Shown here piece after piece: positions 1-12,186 of a stretch of 64,000 bases of DNA. Under the pieces are notes generated by a model. That model made no database searches. It worked only from the letters and a program-made list of their open reading frames with translations, and was not told the origin of the DNA. Position 1 is the stretch's first letter. The number at the start of each line of letters is the position of its first letter. A program made the position numbers and the translations under genes. Location: positions 269,691 to 333,690 of the forward strand of contig NW_003314322.1 of NCBI RefSeq assembly GCF_000143415.4. The letters run 5' to 3'. This stretch comes from Selaginella moellendorffii (Eukaryota > Plantae > Lycopodiophyta).

Positions 1-708
1 GATCCCATGACCGACATCCCAAGGTACCACTAACATATCAGCCCGTTACACTAAGGCCATGCCCATTCACCTTGGTCACATCGGTGGTCTGACACCACTT
101 ACATCACAATCCCGTCTCTCAAAGACTAAGCCATCTGTCCATGAGTGTTCATCCCAGATCCACTCCTTAGCATCCTTAGGATGCCCATAGACATGAGGAA
201 TAGCCTTCCCCAATATCCCCTTTCAGGTCCCCACCAAGTCCCTTTCTGCCCATGGCCGTGTTCGCCAACACTGCCACTGGATCAAGGCCCACAGGCCTGA
301 CCACTAAGTCCCACGGTCCTCTGGGACTTCCTCCTCACATAACCGTATCCTTGGTCTCTACACTATAAGACAGCTCCTCTTCCTTTTCACAAATTAGGAC
401 CTTGGGGCAACATTTCGGAACACCGTGGCCTTACGCGAGCCTTGTGGGTACTCTCCCTGCCTTCCGCCTTTGGGTGCTCTAGCCATGGGCTTAGAGCGAG
501 GTTTCATTGAGCCACACCAAGTATCCAAGTAGGTAGTGCCACCCACACTTGGACTGGGAGCATTGGCCAGTCCATCTCCCGGGGGAACTAAAGCCGGATT
601 TTGAACACTTCACCAAGCTACCCCGCTTGTCGGTCCATATTCACTCTAGTCTTGGACTTCCCGGTGGGCAGCTCATCACCCAACACTGGGTACAGCCTTC
701 CTGGGCCG
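1..708 (-). mobile_element. Partial LTR, family A, reverse orientation (cut by window start)
   Basis: Reverse complement of about 57940-58644 within the solo LTR at 56629-58819. ORF 549..740 mirrors the LTR-derived ORFs 37932..38729 and 56747..58096. Confidence 0.9.
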
Positions 709-957
709 AAAGGGAATATAGAAATGTGTATATCAATTAGCCCAAAAACCCTAACTTATATATAGGAGTGAGTAGTTCGGATTGAAACCAATTTGACGGT
801 TGCCAAAATCCCACTATAGTAATATTAATATATGGCATTGTAGCCATACACTTGAACCTTACAAACTAAATTTGTTTTGTTTTTTTAAGTAATGACTAGC
901 AGGGAATCCAGCTCCGCTGGGATAGATAGGACATTTGTTACATTGGTGACATGAATC

Positions 958-3900
958 CTAGAGAATTTTGTTATACACAATGTTTTTCGTATAGACATTA
1001 TGGTCCTGGAGCATACCTTGTCCTTCACATTGTTCAATAGACATTGTAATTTGTTTCTTTGATGTTCCCCTTGAAAGTGCAACATAAAGTTGACCATGGC
1101 CAAAAACAGGTCTTGGCAAGTAGATACCCACATTCTATAATGTTTGTCCCTGAGATTTGCAAATTGTCATGGAGAATGCAAGCCTTATTGGGAATTGTCG
1201 TCATTTAAGGATAAATGGCATGTCTCCTTCAGTTGGTTTTAAAGAGATTCTTGGTAGGAGGACTTTTTTTTCCTTGCATACCATTATGTAGAATTTCAGC
1301 TTCTATAACATTTGGTAGTGCCTTGGTTATAATTAGTTTAGTGCCATTACAAAGGCCTTTTTTAGTGTCAATGTTGCGTAACAACATTACAATACATCCG
1401 ATTTTTATCTGTAGCTTGTGTGGAGGCATTTCAGATGGTGTTACTGAGTTTAAAAATTCTACAGGATAGTCCAACATCTCTTCTTCCGAATTTGTTTCTA
1501 CAATGTCAATGCTTCTGTATGTTATTGTTCTGCTGGTCATTCTCAAAAGAACTTGGTTGTTCATTTGTAGAGAGAGATCATTTAAAGTCGTGAGAATAGC
1601 TTTCTGCAATAGGTTTGGGTCATTTGGTTGAATATGCTTTCCAAACACATTATCTATCATTTGTTCTCTGGATGTCGATAGGTAATTTTATAGCTTCTTG
1701 GTTGAATCCTTGGAGGCTAGGTAGGTTACCATTTCCAAGCTTCACAAGCCATCTAGACCATTCCTTTTCTTCAGAGTTCACCCTCATGTTTGTATGTAAT
1801 GAGAACTTTACAAGTTTCCAACATATTGGTGAGGATTTCACGTTGTTTTGGATAATTTGTGTGCAACGGGCTCTTTTTAGAACAGGTAATGTCTGTCTGA
1901 AATCTCCTCCTGTTACTGATGTGATGCCACCGAATTCTGTATCACAGTTTTTTATGTCACGCAAGACCCTCTCGACAGCTTTAAAAGCGTGAATGGGTAC
2001 CATGCTTATTTCATCCCATATGAGCAGGTCAGCTCTTCTTATGACCTTGGCAGGTGCTGAATTCTCTTGCAGGTCCGAGGTGCATGTTTTTGTGATTGGT
2101 ACTGGAAGCTTAAATGTTGAATGAGCTGTTCGGCCTCCTACAAGAAGAGTACTTGCTATTCCTGTCCACGTGACTGCTAAGACTTTCATGCCATAAGCAG
2201 TGATATATTTTATCAGCATGTTAAAAAGGTATGATTTCCCTGTGCCTCCTACACCATCAACAAAGAATAATCTGCTTGTTTCTTTTTTGTTTTGTATTGC
2301 ATTCAAGACGTTGTTAAATATGTGAAGCTGTTCCATGTTCAATTTGGTTTTTAGTAATTCGGCTTCGTCAGGTGTGCATGGCACACAGCTTGTTTCAGTT
2401 GTTGTTTCGTTATCTCCTATAAACTCTGGATCTGGTAACTCATAGTCAGACAGTTTCTTGCCATGTTCCTGGAGTAATATTGACATTTCATGCAATCCAT
2501 GTTGCATTGCTGCTTCATAGTTGTGATTTTGGACCAAGTCTTCATACATGCCTTCCTTGAATTTATCCCATAGCTTTTTGGGATCAATGAGCTCACAAAA
2601 TAAACACATGACACTGAATAGATACCTTACTTTTGCAGGCATCTGAAATGTCAATGACTCTTCTAAACATTTCTCCCACTCACAATCATCCTGTAGAAGT
2701 CCCATTTCTTGTGCAGTAAAACGGTATGTGTCATATGCAACACAGTTTAATACCTTTAAATCACTAAAACTTGTAGCACCTTTTTTGTAGAGCAGGATCA
2801 TATGTAGGGAGAAACGTTCAAAGTCATGCGGTGATACAGTGTACATTCTACCGACCACCTTGAATGCACGTTGGCGTGGTGTCCACATTCTGTTTCTTGA
2901 ATTCCATGTATACCACTCAGGTACACCTTCGAAGGGATGAGAACTAGACCCCTGAAAAAGTACTAGACTGGGACGAAATAGAGGCTTTCAGAAACTGCTG
3001 CTATGTCTCCACATCAGAAGGATATGGAGGATCTTTGATATACTTACATGGGAGATCACATTCTATTGAAGGTTTTCCAGGTGGATGTCCAGTCTTTCAA
3101 AAATGGCTGCTTGGTCTCCCCATCAGAAGGAATATGGAGGATCTATGGATATGACTTACATGGGAGATCACATTCTATTGAGAGACTGGACATCCCTCTG
3201 GAAAAACTTCAAAATATTTATTTCAATGATGGTGAGGAAGAGATTGCATTACAAAGAGGCCAAAAAACCAAAGGCACAGAATGGTTTGAGCTAAACAAGA
3301 TTGATGAATTTGCAAGGACACTTTTGTACCAGGAGATTCCTACCTCGACATTTATGTGTGCTCTGTATTTATGTAAGAGGTACTTGTTGTATGGCACAAC
3401 AAACCTGTTGTCAGAGGGTTTGTTCTTTATTAGGACTGTATGTCCTTGGTGCCTTCTATACTCTGGAAACTGACCACTGACATTCTGTGTTTCTTCACAG
3501 TAATCTCTTGGATAGTGTGACTTACATTCACCATCCTTCGTGCATGGGCTGTTTGGAAATTCAGGCCCACAAGGGCCATGTATCATGTGCTTTTTAACCA
3601 ATTCATATAATTCTGGGTCTAGTCTGGCATCTGGTATTTCGGCAGTAACTATATTGTCTATGTCATCAATAGTTCTGATTTTATTATCTTTACCAAGGAT
3701 CACCAAAATATGACAGTGTGGCAGTCCTCTTTTTTGGAATTCAATCACATAGACATAAGCATTGACCTGGCCAAATATTTCTTGTTTGTAAATGTCATCT
3801 ATGAGTCTTGTTTCTTGATGTGGAACACACGTGCAACCAAGTCAGGTCTGTCTGCAGTTGTTTGTCCAGGTAGAAGGTTTTCAGTGATCTCTTTCCATTT

Positions 3901-5234
3901 AGGATTGCAGGTGAATGTTATGAACAAATCAGGTTTTCCATACTTCCTTACAAGGCTCATGGCATCCTGGTAGTTCTGATTCATCTGTCGTGGGCCTCCA
4001 GTGAATGAGGATGGAAGTATTATTAGTTTTCTAGCACGTACCCCTTGCTGTTCGGCTCTGTTTTTCACGAAATCTGAGAGGCCACCATATGCTTCAGCAC
4101 GTAGCTCACGTTGGTGGTTTCTTATCCATGTTAGTCGGCCACCTTCAATCTTGGTGTATGTATCGACCATGTATTGTTGTGTGAGTTTTCCTGCTGTCAA
4201 CACAGGGTTGAAATATATGCCTCTTATGCCATTGTGACATATGCCCCATATAGCAAATTTGTGTTGATAAAATTCCATCATTGTGACATTACAACGTTTA
4301 AGTGTATTGCCGTTATCTGTGTATTTTATATCATTTGACCATCCGTCCTCTCCACTGGGAAAAAGAATTGGGTAGATCATAGGGTCACAACATGATGAAA
4401 TGATTGATATTTCCTGCATTGATTCTTCCTTTGAATAGACTGCTATACTACGGTCAAATGGTGGGTTCCCACTTGGATTTGTAAAAATGGCAGAAATTTC
4501 ATTTGAACACAGTGCATTGTATCTTCGAGGATCTGTTGTGCTCTCTCCCTTGATGTACATGACAATCTCTTGTGATGAAAGAGACATCTCATTCTCAAGT
4601 TCGTGCAACATCTTGAATGCTTTTGCATAGGGATTGATTTCTCGTAAGAGAACATCTAATCTGTACATTAGTTCCCAGTCGCATTTTTTGTTATGCATAT
4701 TTCTCATTCTTGTTTCTGTTGCTTGTGCCGTATCTAGAATATAGAGTTGTGAATACATTGCTTCTTGATCTTGTTATGCATATTTCTCATTCTTGTTTCT
4801 GTTGCTTGTGCCGTATCTAGAATATAGAGTTGTGAATACATTGCTTCTTGATCGTCTTGTGGTCTGAAGCTGCCCATACGGTGATACACTTGACCGTGTA
4901 TCTTAAAGTAGTATGGTCTGCCACCCAAAAATTCTTCGATGGTTAACCTCTGGCAGAAATGGTTTCTATTTTTTATTTGGACACAACCGTGATGACAGCA
5001 TTGTGATTTTGTTTCTGCATTAAAATGGAAAGCTCTGCAATGGACACATTGTTTGTCCATTGGCCCTATGTAGTTTTCTTCACAGTTTCCTTCATGATTT
5101 GTGTTTAGGAGCCCCATTTTCTTCTGTATATAGTGATTCATTGGTACGTTAATGTGTGGTGCATTTGTGTTATTCACATTTTCAGAAATGCTCAAAACCA
5201 GTTCTGTTGTTGCTTGTCTTTTTCTTGTGTTCAT
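958..5234 (-). pseudogene. Helitron Rep/PIF1-helicase (RepHel), frameshifted and rearranged
   Basis: Rep motifs PDLFITFTCNPKW and EFQKRGLPHCHIL (HUH). Helicase motifs DGVGGTGKSYL, IWDEISM, GGDFRQTLPV, MLLRNID..GLCNGTKL, then QFPIRLAFSMTICKSQGQTL and HGQLYVALSR, ending TKNIVYNKIL* at 958. Split over ORFs 4734..5234, 3799..4758, 3218..3748, 1650..2888 and 1229..1660. Confidence 0.95.
4691..4853. repeat. 83-bp tandem duplication that frameshifts the Helitron Rep
   Basis: TTATGCATATTTCTCATTCTTG...GCTTCTTGATC starts at 4691 and again at 4774. MYSQLYILDTAQATETRMRNMHNK appears in two ORFs. Confidence 0.9.
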
Positions 5235-6636
5235 TTTGCTTTTGAAAGTGGATTAAGTGTAAAATACCAATAGAGTAGTTTGAGCACAGAGCTGTATGGC
5301 AGTAGTGAAGAGAAAATAGATTTTAGGAAGACACCATCAAGGGATGGTTGTTCTTTTGTCTTGAAACCCTAGAGTTTGTGTTCTTATCAGTTAGGGTTTT
5401 TACTTTCGTTTCTTACAATTAATATGGGGCTGACCGATAGACTCTTTTTGAAAATTTATCCATTCTATTGGTAACTGGTTCAAGACATTGATGGGACATG
5501 TAGGAAGCTTCCCTAAGATAATTTTGTGGTTCATTATACTGAAAAAGCATACTGCAAATATTTACCATGATTCCATATCTATCATGTAATTTCATGTATG
5601 AGATCTTCATGAAAACATACCTTTTTGACACTGGACGAATGGACAGCCATGCTGTTGTTTAGTATCTGGTCTTTCTTATAATGTGTTGTGTCAAAATCTA
5701 GTATCATAAATGGATCTACACATGAGAAAGCTCAAGCTACATGAGGAATACCCAGACCCGAGCTTGAACACATCAAAAATAGTCCACTGGCTGTGTTGCA
5801 ATGAATTTGCACATGAAATAGAGAAAAGAGGAATTAAGCGTGTATGCCGTCGTGACTTCATGATAAACGGAAGGTAATTTAGATTTAGATTCAAAAAGAT
5901 GGTTAATGAAACCTTGTGAACGTTATAGATTCTTTCCAACTGACAGTCAAGCACGAAAACTTGATGTGCTTGGGTGTCCACCATCAGAATACATGTATGG
6001 CTTTGCTAGCAGTGATGGGGTCTCAAGAAAGATTACAACATATATAAGCAAAGTCAAACAGTTCAAGAGAATCAACAAGAGAAAGAATGTTGCACCGGGT
6101 TAGTGTGGATGCTATACTCTTTGTTCTCTACCTTTTTTTATAAAAAAAATCTATCACATGCAGGATTGACTGTATTCACAGCACAGATTCTAAATGGCAA
6201 GAAGTATAATAAGAATCACCTACCAAACAAAGCAGAAGTACAAAAGGTATTTGATAGAAACACAAGAGGAATCCATCCGTATGTCTTCTCGGCATTGCAT
6301 TATGGATATGGCGTTCCGTTTGACGTGTGTAAGGAACTAAAAAGGAAATGGCTCAATGGCTTCTTAACAGTATGAATGAGTACCATCCAAAGTGAGGGGT
6401 GGAAAACTGGAAGCTAATCCGTCTTGAAGGCATTGTGCTGCAAATTAGTCCGGACTTTGCTAAAGAAATATTCGAATACAATCCATTTGATGATGCTGAA
6501 GATATGCTTGATATATGTATGAAGAAAGAATTGTTGTAGATTAGACTTTATAGAATAAAAGTAATATTAGTCTATGAAAAAATTGTTATTAGTATTTGAA
6601 AAGAAAAGACCAGTTTGACATAAAAGGATCAAAATC

Positions 6637-6763
6637 ATCAGGTTCCAACTGTCATGCATGCAAAGTGTTCCATCAAAAGAGCAACATGCTGCTGAGGACT
6701 ACCTTGTCCAACTCTTTGAAGCCATCAATTTATGTGCCCTTCATGGCAAAAGAGTCACAATAA
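6637..6763 (+). pseudogene. Histone H3-like (H3/CENH3) histone-fold fragment
   Basis: Translates [42 protein letters not shown], compared with H3 LRFQ...[27 protein letters not shown]. Ends at a donor site A|GTAAGT. Confidence 0.8.
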
Positions 6764-7569
6764 GTAAGTATTCAAATAACACACACAAAAAGATTATAGA
6801 ATTTATCAACCAGCTTGAAAATTATACATTTAGCCTGTCGGCTTAGAGGAAACTTGGAGCATTTCATTTGATACTACATTTCTTTTTCCTGCAAGTTCAC
6901 TTAGAGTTTACCATGTAGCTTATACTTATTGATTAGAATCCTCAAATTTTCTTAGAAAATTGCTGTTACTTTCAGGCATAAATCACTGTTAATTTCAGGC
7001 ATCCTCAACCACATATTTTTGGGAAATTAAATGTTCAAAATAAAACCACTGGAGCATGTAAAAATTATGATCTCTGTTGGATCACTGGTATAACTACCCA
7101 TTCTCTTACTGTCAATGTACTTGTGACCGGAAAAAAAAAAAAAAATTGGTGTTGAACCCATGCTACTGATTCTTGGATATGGGGTCATGATGAATGAGAG
7201 AGATACAATGAACAGAGGTATTGATCATGGCGTCTAATCCCAGAACATTGATGGACATTGAATGTACATCAGTGTGATAGTTGATATAGTATAGTATGTG
7301 AGAGTATATGGTATAGTGTGATGGAATGTATGATTATTTCATTTTATTAAGTTGGACCTTGTGTTTATTATACAAAGCTCAACATGGATGTGTATGAAGA
7401 CAAAAAGGAATGTTGGCTTTCGTTGCACTCTTTTCTGTTTTCTTCAAACACAATCTTGTTCAGAGTTGTGAATTGTGGTTATCAAGGTGGCTATAAAATA
7501 GTCCATAGAAAATTTTCAACATTGATTGTTGAAAAATAAATATAGAAAACAGTTTCGCATCTCCTGAAC

Positions 7570-7990
7570 CTTACAAATTCTAATTGCTCTTGATTGGATG
7601 ATTCCAGCATGGGTCTTTTGCCAAGATTTAGGAACAAAGGCCTCGTATGCAGCATTTGCAGCTGCATTGCCACCAATAAACAGCATAAGCTCAACCCTTC
7701 GTCTGTCCAGTCGTTGGAATTTATGGACATAAACTGTTGAAAAAGGACATAAAATTGGGAAGAGAGATTATTTACATTTACCTTTGATACAGAAGCTCCC
7801 ATGCTTCAATGAACAGCATAGCATTTGTCACAGATTATAACTCCAGCTGGAGAAACAACAGAAGATGCAGCAAGATGGAAGTGAAAATGACTTACACCCA
7901 TTGGGGACCCTGCAAGCTGCAATCCGCACAGAACTGGTTGTCTTGTTGCAAGATAAATGTCTGAAATTTAGTCGTGCTTCTCTCCATTTG
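7570..7990 (-). pseudogene. ArfGAP zinc-finger domain gene fragment (AGD11-13/ZAC-like), decayed
   Basis: Manual translation across short GT-AG introns: QDNQFCADCSLQGPQW / GVIICDKCYAVH*SMGASVSK / FMSINSNDWTDE..ELMLFIGGNAAANAAYEAFVP..ESSNQEQLEFVR. This matches the ArfGAP two-CxxC zinc-finger pattern. Contains a stop and frameshifts. Confidence 0.8.
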
Positions 7991-8513
7991 CTAGGGTATC
8001 AAAGATCCACTCCTGAAAAACCAAGATCGGTGGACAGACCTTCTAGCAAAAAAAAGAAGAATAAAAGAAAAAGCATTGCATGGAAAACCTTACCTTTAAA
8101 CAAAGGAAATTCCGAGTTGATGAGCTTAACCTTTACTCCAATCCTGCCAATACACTTTGAGACACATAGATACACTGCAAAAAAAGAGCATTCTCAACTC
8201 AGAGGGAAAAGAAAGAACTGGGACATCTCTTTCAGAGATCCAGTAAACTGCTTTCACAGAGTTACAAGTGTATTATACAGGTGCTCTGGCTGAATGGTAG
8301 AATGCTTTTCAAGTTGATCTGGGTGGAAATCTTGAGCACCTGGCAGCCTTTGGACAGCACACTATTGTGATCAGATGGTTCGTTCACAATTCCACAAGTG
8401 CCGTGGGAAGTCAGAGGTCTCTTTAACGGCATATTTAAGTACAATCTGGACAATAAAGGAAAGATTCATGAGCACAAGGTATATAACGTAAGGACCAATG
8501 CAATCATGCAGTG

Positions 8514-8620
8514 AACCTCATGGTGTGCAGCCACGGTGATAAGCTCTCCTCGAAAAATGCATTGAGCAAACCTCATGGTGTACAGCTGCGGTGATAAGCT
8601 CTCCTCAAAAAATGCATTGA
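8514..8620. repeat. Tandem duplication with 55-bp period
   Basis: AACCTCATGGTGTRCAGC..CGGTGATAAGCTCTCCTC.AAAAATGCATTGA at 8514 and 8569. Confidence 0.85.
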
Positions 8621-9293
8621 AAAAAACTGGTTTACCCTAAAAAAAAAAATGTTTCACCCTCAACTGTTTTTTTTGCCACGTGTTTTCATCTCCACCATTA
8701 AGCTTGAAAAAAATCTTGATTGAATATGTTGCCCTTGCTCTTTTAAATATAGAAGGATGATTACTATTTTCATACGTGGTACTATTTTATTAACTTGTCC
8801 TACCAGGTTCCAAGCATGGGGAGAAATTTTCAAGGGGGACATTAGGTTCCCCCCTTCCCCCAATTCCATTGCCATATCACTAATGGGATACTGGAAAAAG
8901 GGGTTAAAAATTTCCCCTCCTGAAAAACTTCCCTACGGGGACACATCAAAGCCCACCTTATAGATCACTAGGGTGGAGAAATTCCAGGTGGGGGATGCAT
9001 GAAACCTTTCCAAAACTTCACACTCACACTGTGGCAAAGTAGTGGACACCAAGTTCCCCTTTCCCCTCATTTTGGTTGCCATGTCACCAAAGGGGGGCTT
9101 GGAACCTAGAGTTAAATTTCTCCTAGAAGATCACTGCCACATCACTTTCCACGTCACCTTGCTTCGCTCCTGCAAGGTGTAGCGGCCCAAAGCTAAAGAA
9201 AATGCATTTCTTTTGGAATCTAGGGCTGTTTGGGCCGCTACACCGCTACACCGTACAACTGCTTGTTCAACATAGTTCTAGGGCGGACCTAGA

Positions 9294-12175
9294 ATGGTAT
9301 TAGGCATAGGGAAGAAGAAGGGTATCCCAGTGGGATTAGTGTACAACATCGCGCTCCACGATGTGAAGCCATGGCCATCTGTAACACTTCCCCCGATGGT
9401 ATTGATCCAGTGGCAGAGAGGTGAGAAACGAACAGGGCACACCAAGTGCGTTAGTGGAGACAAGGACAAGATCATCCTGAACGACTCGCTTACAATCCCT
9501 GCTACATTGTACAAGTTTCCGGAGAAGAAGCATGAAAGCCCTAGATTCCAAAAGAAATGCATTGTCTTTAGCTTATGTGAAGCTGCTGAACAAGGGATCC
9601 CGCGAGGACAGCCGCTGGGCAGGGCGGTGCTGGACCTTGCAGACTACGGAAATCTCAACGACCAGAATAGAAACGCAATTTCAAGCATCCCAGTGGCCGT
9701 GGCAAGGAAAGAGTTTAGTTCACTGGGCACCCCCCGTCTCTCCTTTACAATTGCTCCACAAGGCATCACAAGCAGCAGCAGCGTTCCTCCTGTACCACTG
9801 ACAGAGGACAAAGAGGAATATTCATCCCTCATTGCATCCTTGGTTAGTGACGAGGAGGACGACATCACTGCTTTCACGGACGAAGACGAAGATGAGGTTG
9901 AAGACGCGGAAGAAGGAAGTTCCCAGTTGAGTTCCAGATCTGTTCCTCTCAATCCCCCTACCATTCCCCCAGATCCAGAAGCCATGCCATCGAGCACCAG
10001 GAATGACAGGGTTCAACGCATTCTTAACTCAGCCGGAGCATCCTCTTCGTTTTCTTCATCTTCTTCCTCTTCATTTGTTGCTGCAGCTGTTGCTGCATCA
10101 GCCTATGCGTCTCAAAGGAAACCCAGTTTTAACTCTGCATCACCTAGAAGGAACAACGATGTTGAACAGAAAAGTAAGCTTCTAAAAACAAAGGCCAGTG
10201 GTGCTAGCAACGTAATACAAGCCGCAAGGATTAAGTACGCAGAAGGTGCGGGCGAGAGAAGTGAGAGGTTGGATAAAAAGGCAGTGGAAGAAGCAAGGCA
10301 GAGAGCGGATGCTGCTGAAGCTAAGGCTATTGCGGTTCAACAAGAGGCAAAGCAGCTGATGGATGAAGTGGGAAATCTTAAATGGGAGCTGCAGGAAGCT
10401 GCTGCCCTGGAGCTGGCTTTGTATTCTGCTGTCGCCCAGCATGGCAGCTCGTCGCACAAGATTCATGCCCCAGCACGCCGTCTTGCAAGGATATACGTCC
10501 ATGCCTGCAACAAGTCTAGCCAACGTACAAGGGCCAGCACTGCCAGGACCTGTGCTTCAGGTCTTGTGGTTGTTGTGCGGGCTTGCGAGAATGACGTCTC
10601 AAGGTTTTCAAAGAGATAGCTCGTGCATATTCTATATTAAACGTCTGTCTGTTTCTTCCCAGGTTGACGTTCTGGTGGTCTAACGTGGCTGTTCTGAGGG
10701 AGATGATTTCGCATGCGTTTGACACTGCACCACCGTCATTACCTGAGACTGCCTCAGACAGTGCTTTCCATGACTGGCATGAGAAATCGACTCTAGCTTC
10801 TATGCTGGAAAGGATTGAGGCATGGATTTTTGGAAGGATCGTCGAATGCATCTGGTGGCAGGTTGGTCAATATGTGGTACATAATCCGTCGATCTAGCTA
10901 ATGTAGCTGCATGCAGTCATTGACTCCCCACATGCAGTCATCAGCGGTAGACCAGTCGAGCGTGCTTTCTACTCCGCGTTCTGTTGTTTCACGACTAAAA
11001 AAGAGCGTGCGGGATTTTGTAGTTACGCCTTTTGAAGATTCGCATCAAGGGATGCTATCCATTGAAATATGGAAGGCAGCATTTCTAGACGCATTGCAAA
11101 GGATTTGTCCTGTTCGAGCAGGTGGCCACGACTGCGGGTGTTTACAGGTTGTAGAAAGAATGGTAAGACCCCCTTCCCTCTTCACTGATTTGACAATTGT
11201 TTCAAAACTCAATGCAGATTGTTGAGCAGTGCGTTGCACGGTTGGATGTTGCAATGTTCAATGCCATATTGCGGGATATGGAAGAAAACGTTCCCACAGA
11301 TCCCATCTCTGATCCCATTACAGACCTCAGTGTTCTTCCTATACCACCTGATGGTATCAGCTTCGGAGGAGGTGCTCAGCTGAAGAATGTGGTGCGGTCA
11401 TGTTAGGGGTTTCGTGGCAATTCATGTGATTGCGTTGCAGATAAATACATGGTCTACATGGCTTTTGGCGCTGACTGCTCACGTTGGTGAAGAGGCAGCT
11501 GCTGCAGCAAACATAGAGAAAGGAACATCTCACTTTACAATGTTGCGGGCCATGAGCGACCTGTTGATGCTACCAAAGGACATGCTAATGGAAAAATCAA
11601 TAAGAAAGGAGGTAACCCTTAAATTTCTATTAAGTGCTTCGATTAACAATGTACCATAGGTCTGCCCTGCATTAAGCTTGCTTTTGATCAGAAGGGTTCT
11701 TTCTAAGTTCGCTCCAGACGAGTATGCACCTGATCCGATTCCACCTTCCCTTCTGGCAGCTCTCAATGCCGAGGTAGGGGAAATTGCTAAGCTTTGGAGG
11801 TTCACTTTTCGTTTTTTTCATGCATGACCAAAGATCTCTATGGAGAGGCAAAGAGTTGGCGAATCGGACATCAGCCCCGGGACAATAATCATGGCATCAG
11901 CTCCTCCGGTTGTATACTTCCCACCATCTTCTGCATGCATGGGTGACATTGTCGATATGAAAATGATGGCCTCTTCCACACAGACCAGGAGCGCGTCCCT
12001 GTTTCGCAAGGGACATACAAGTGACGAGGAACTCGAGGAACTTGAATCACCTCTCTTTTTGTTGGTCGAGAATGGTTGTATTGACGGGAAGGAGGCTGCT
12101 TACTTGTCAGGCAAAGATGCATTTGCCCAAAGATACCGTTTATTGCGTAAAGTTTGGAACCGAACAGAGTCATAA
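9294..12175 (+). CDS. NT-C2 (EEIG1/EHBP1 N-terminal C2) domain protein with the conserved plant C-terminal region (gar2-like family), 7 exons
   Basis: Exons about 9294-10603, 10663-10861, 10917-11162, 11218-11391, 11441-11611, 11660-11773 and 11834-12175, all GT-AG and in frame. Family motifs VKPWPS..VLIQW, HGSSSHKIHAPARRL, RLTFWWSN, PTDPISDPI.D..VLPIP, FGGGAQLKN and DLLMLPKDML. Confidence 0.9.
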
Positions 12176-12186
12176 ATTTCATTGAT

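Larger units (their letters stand above)
896..5400 (-). mobile_element. Helitron, decayed; 5' end not located and may lie further right, up to about 8.6 kb
   Basis: Minus-strand 3' terminus: GC hairpin CCAGC-GGA-GCTGG (908-920), then CTAG (899-896) followed by T. Rep/helicase coding sequence lies immediately upstream. Confidence 0.85.

Noticed and set aside
831-847. TATGGCATTGTAGCCATA as a copy of the 22-bp palindrome
   Set aside because: Wrong length and arm sequence; likely chance.
8805-9107. Possible MITE with 11-bp inverted ends AGGTTCCAAGC / GCTTGGAACCT
   Set aside because: No matching TSD and no second copy in the window; left uncalled.
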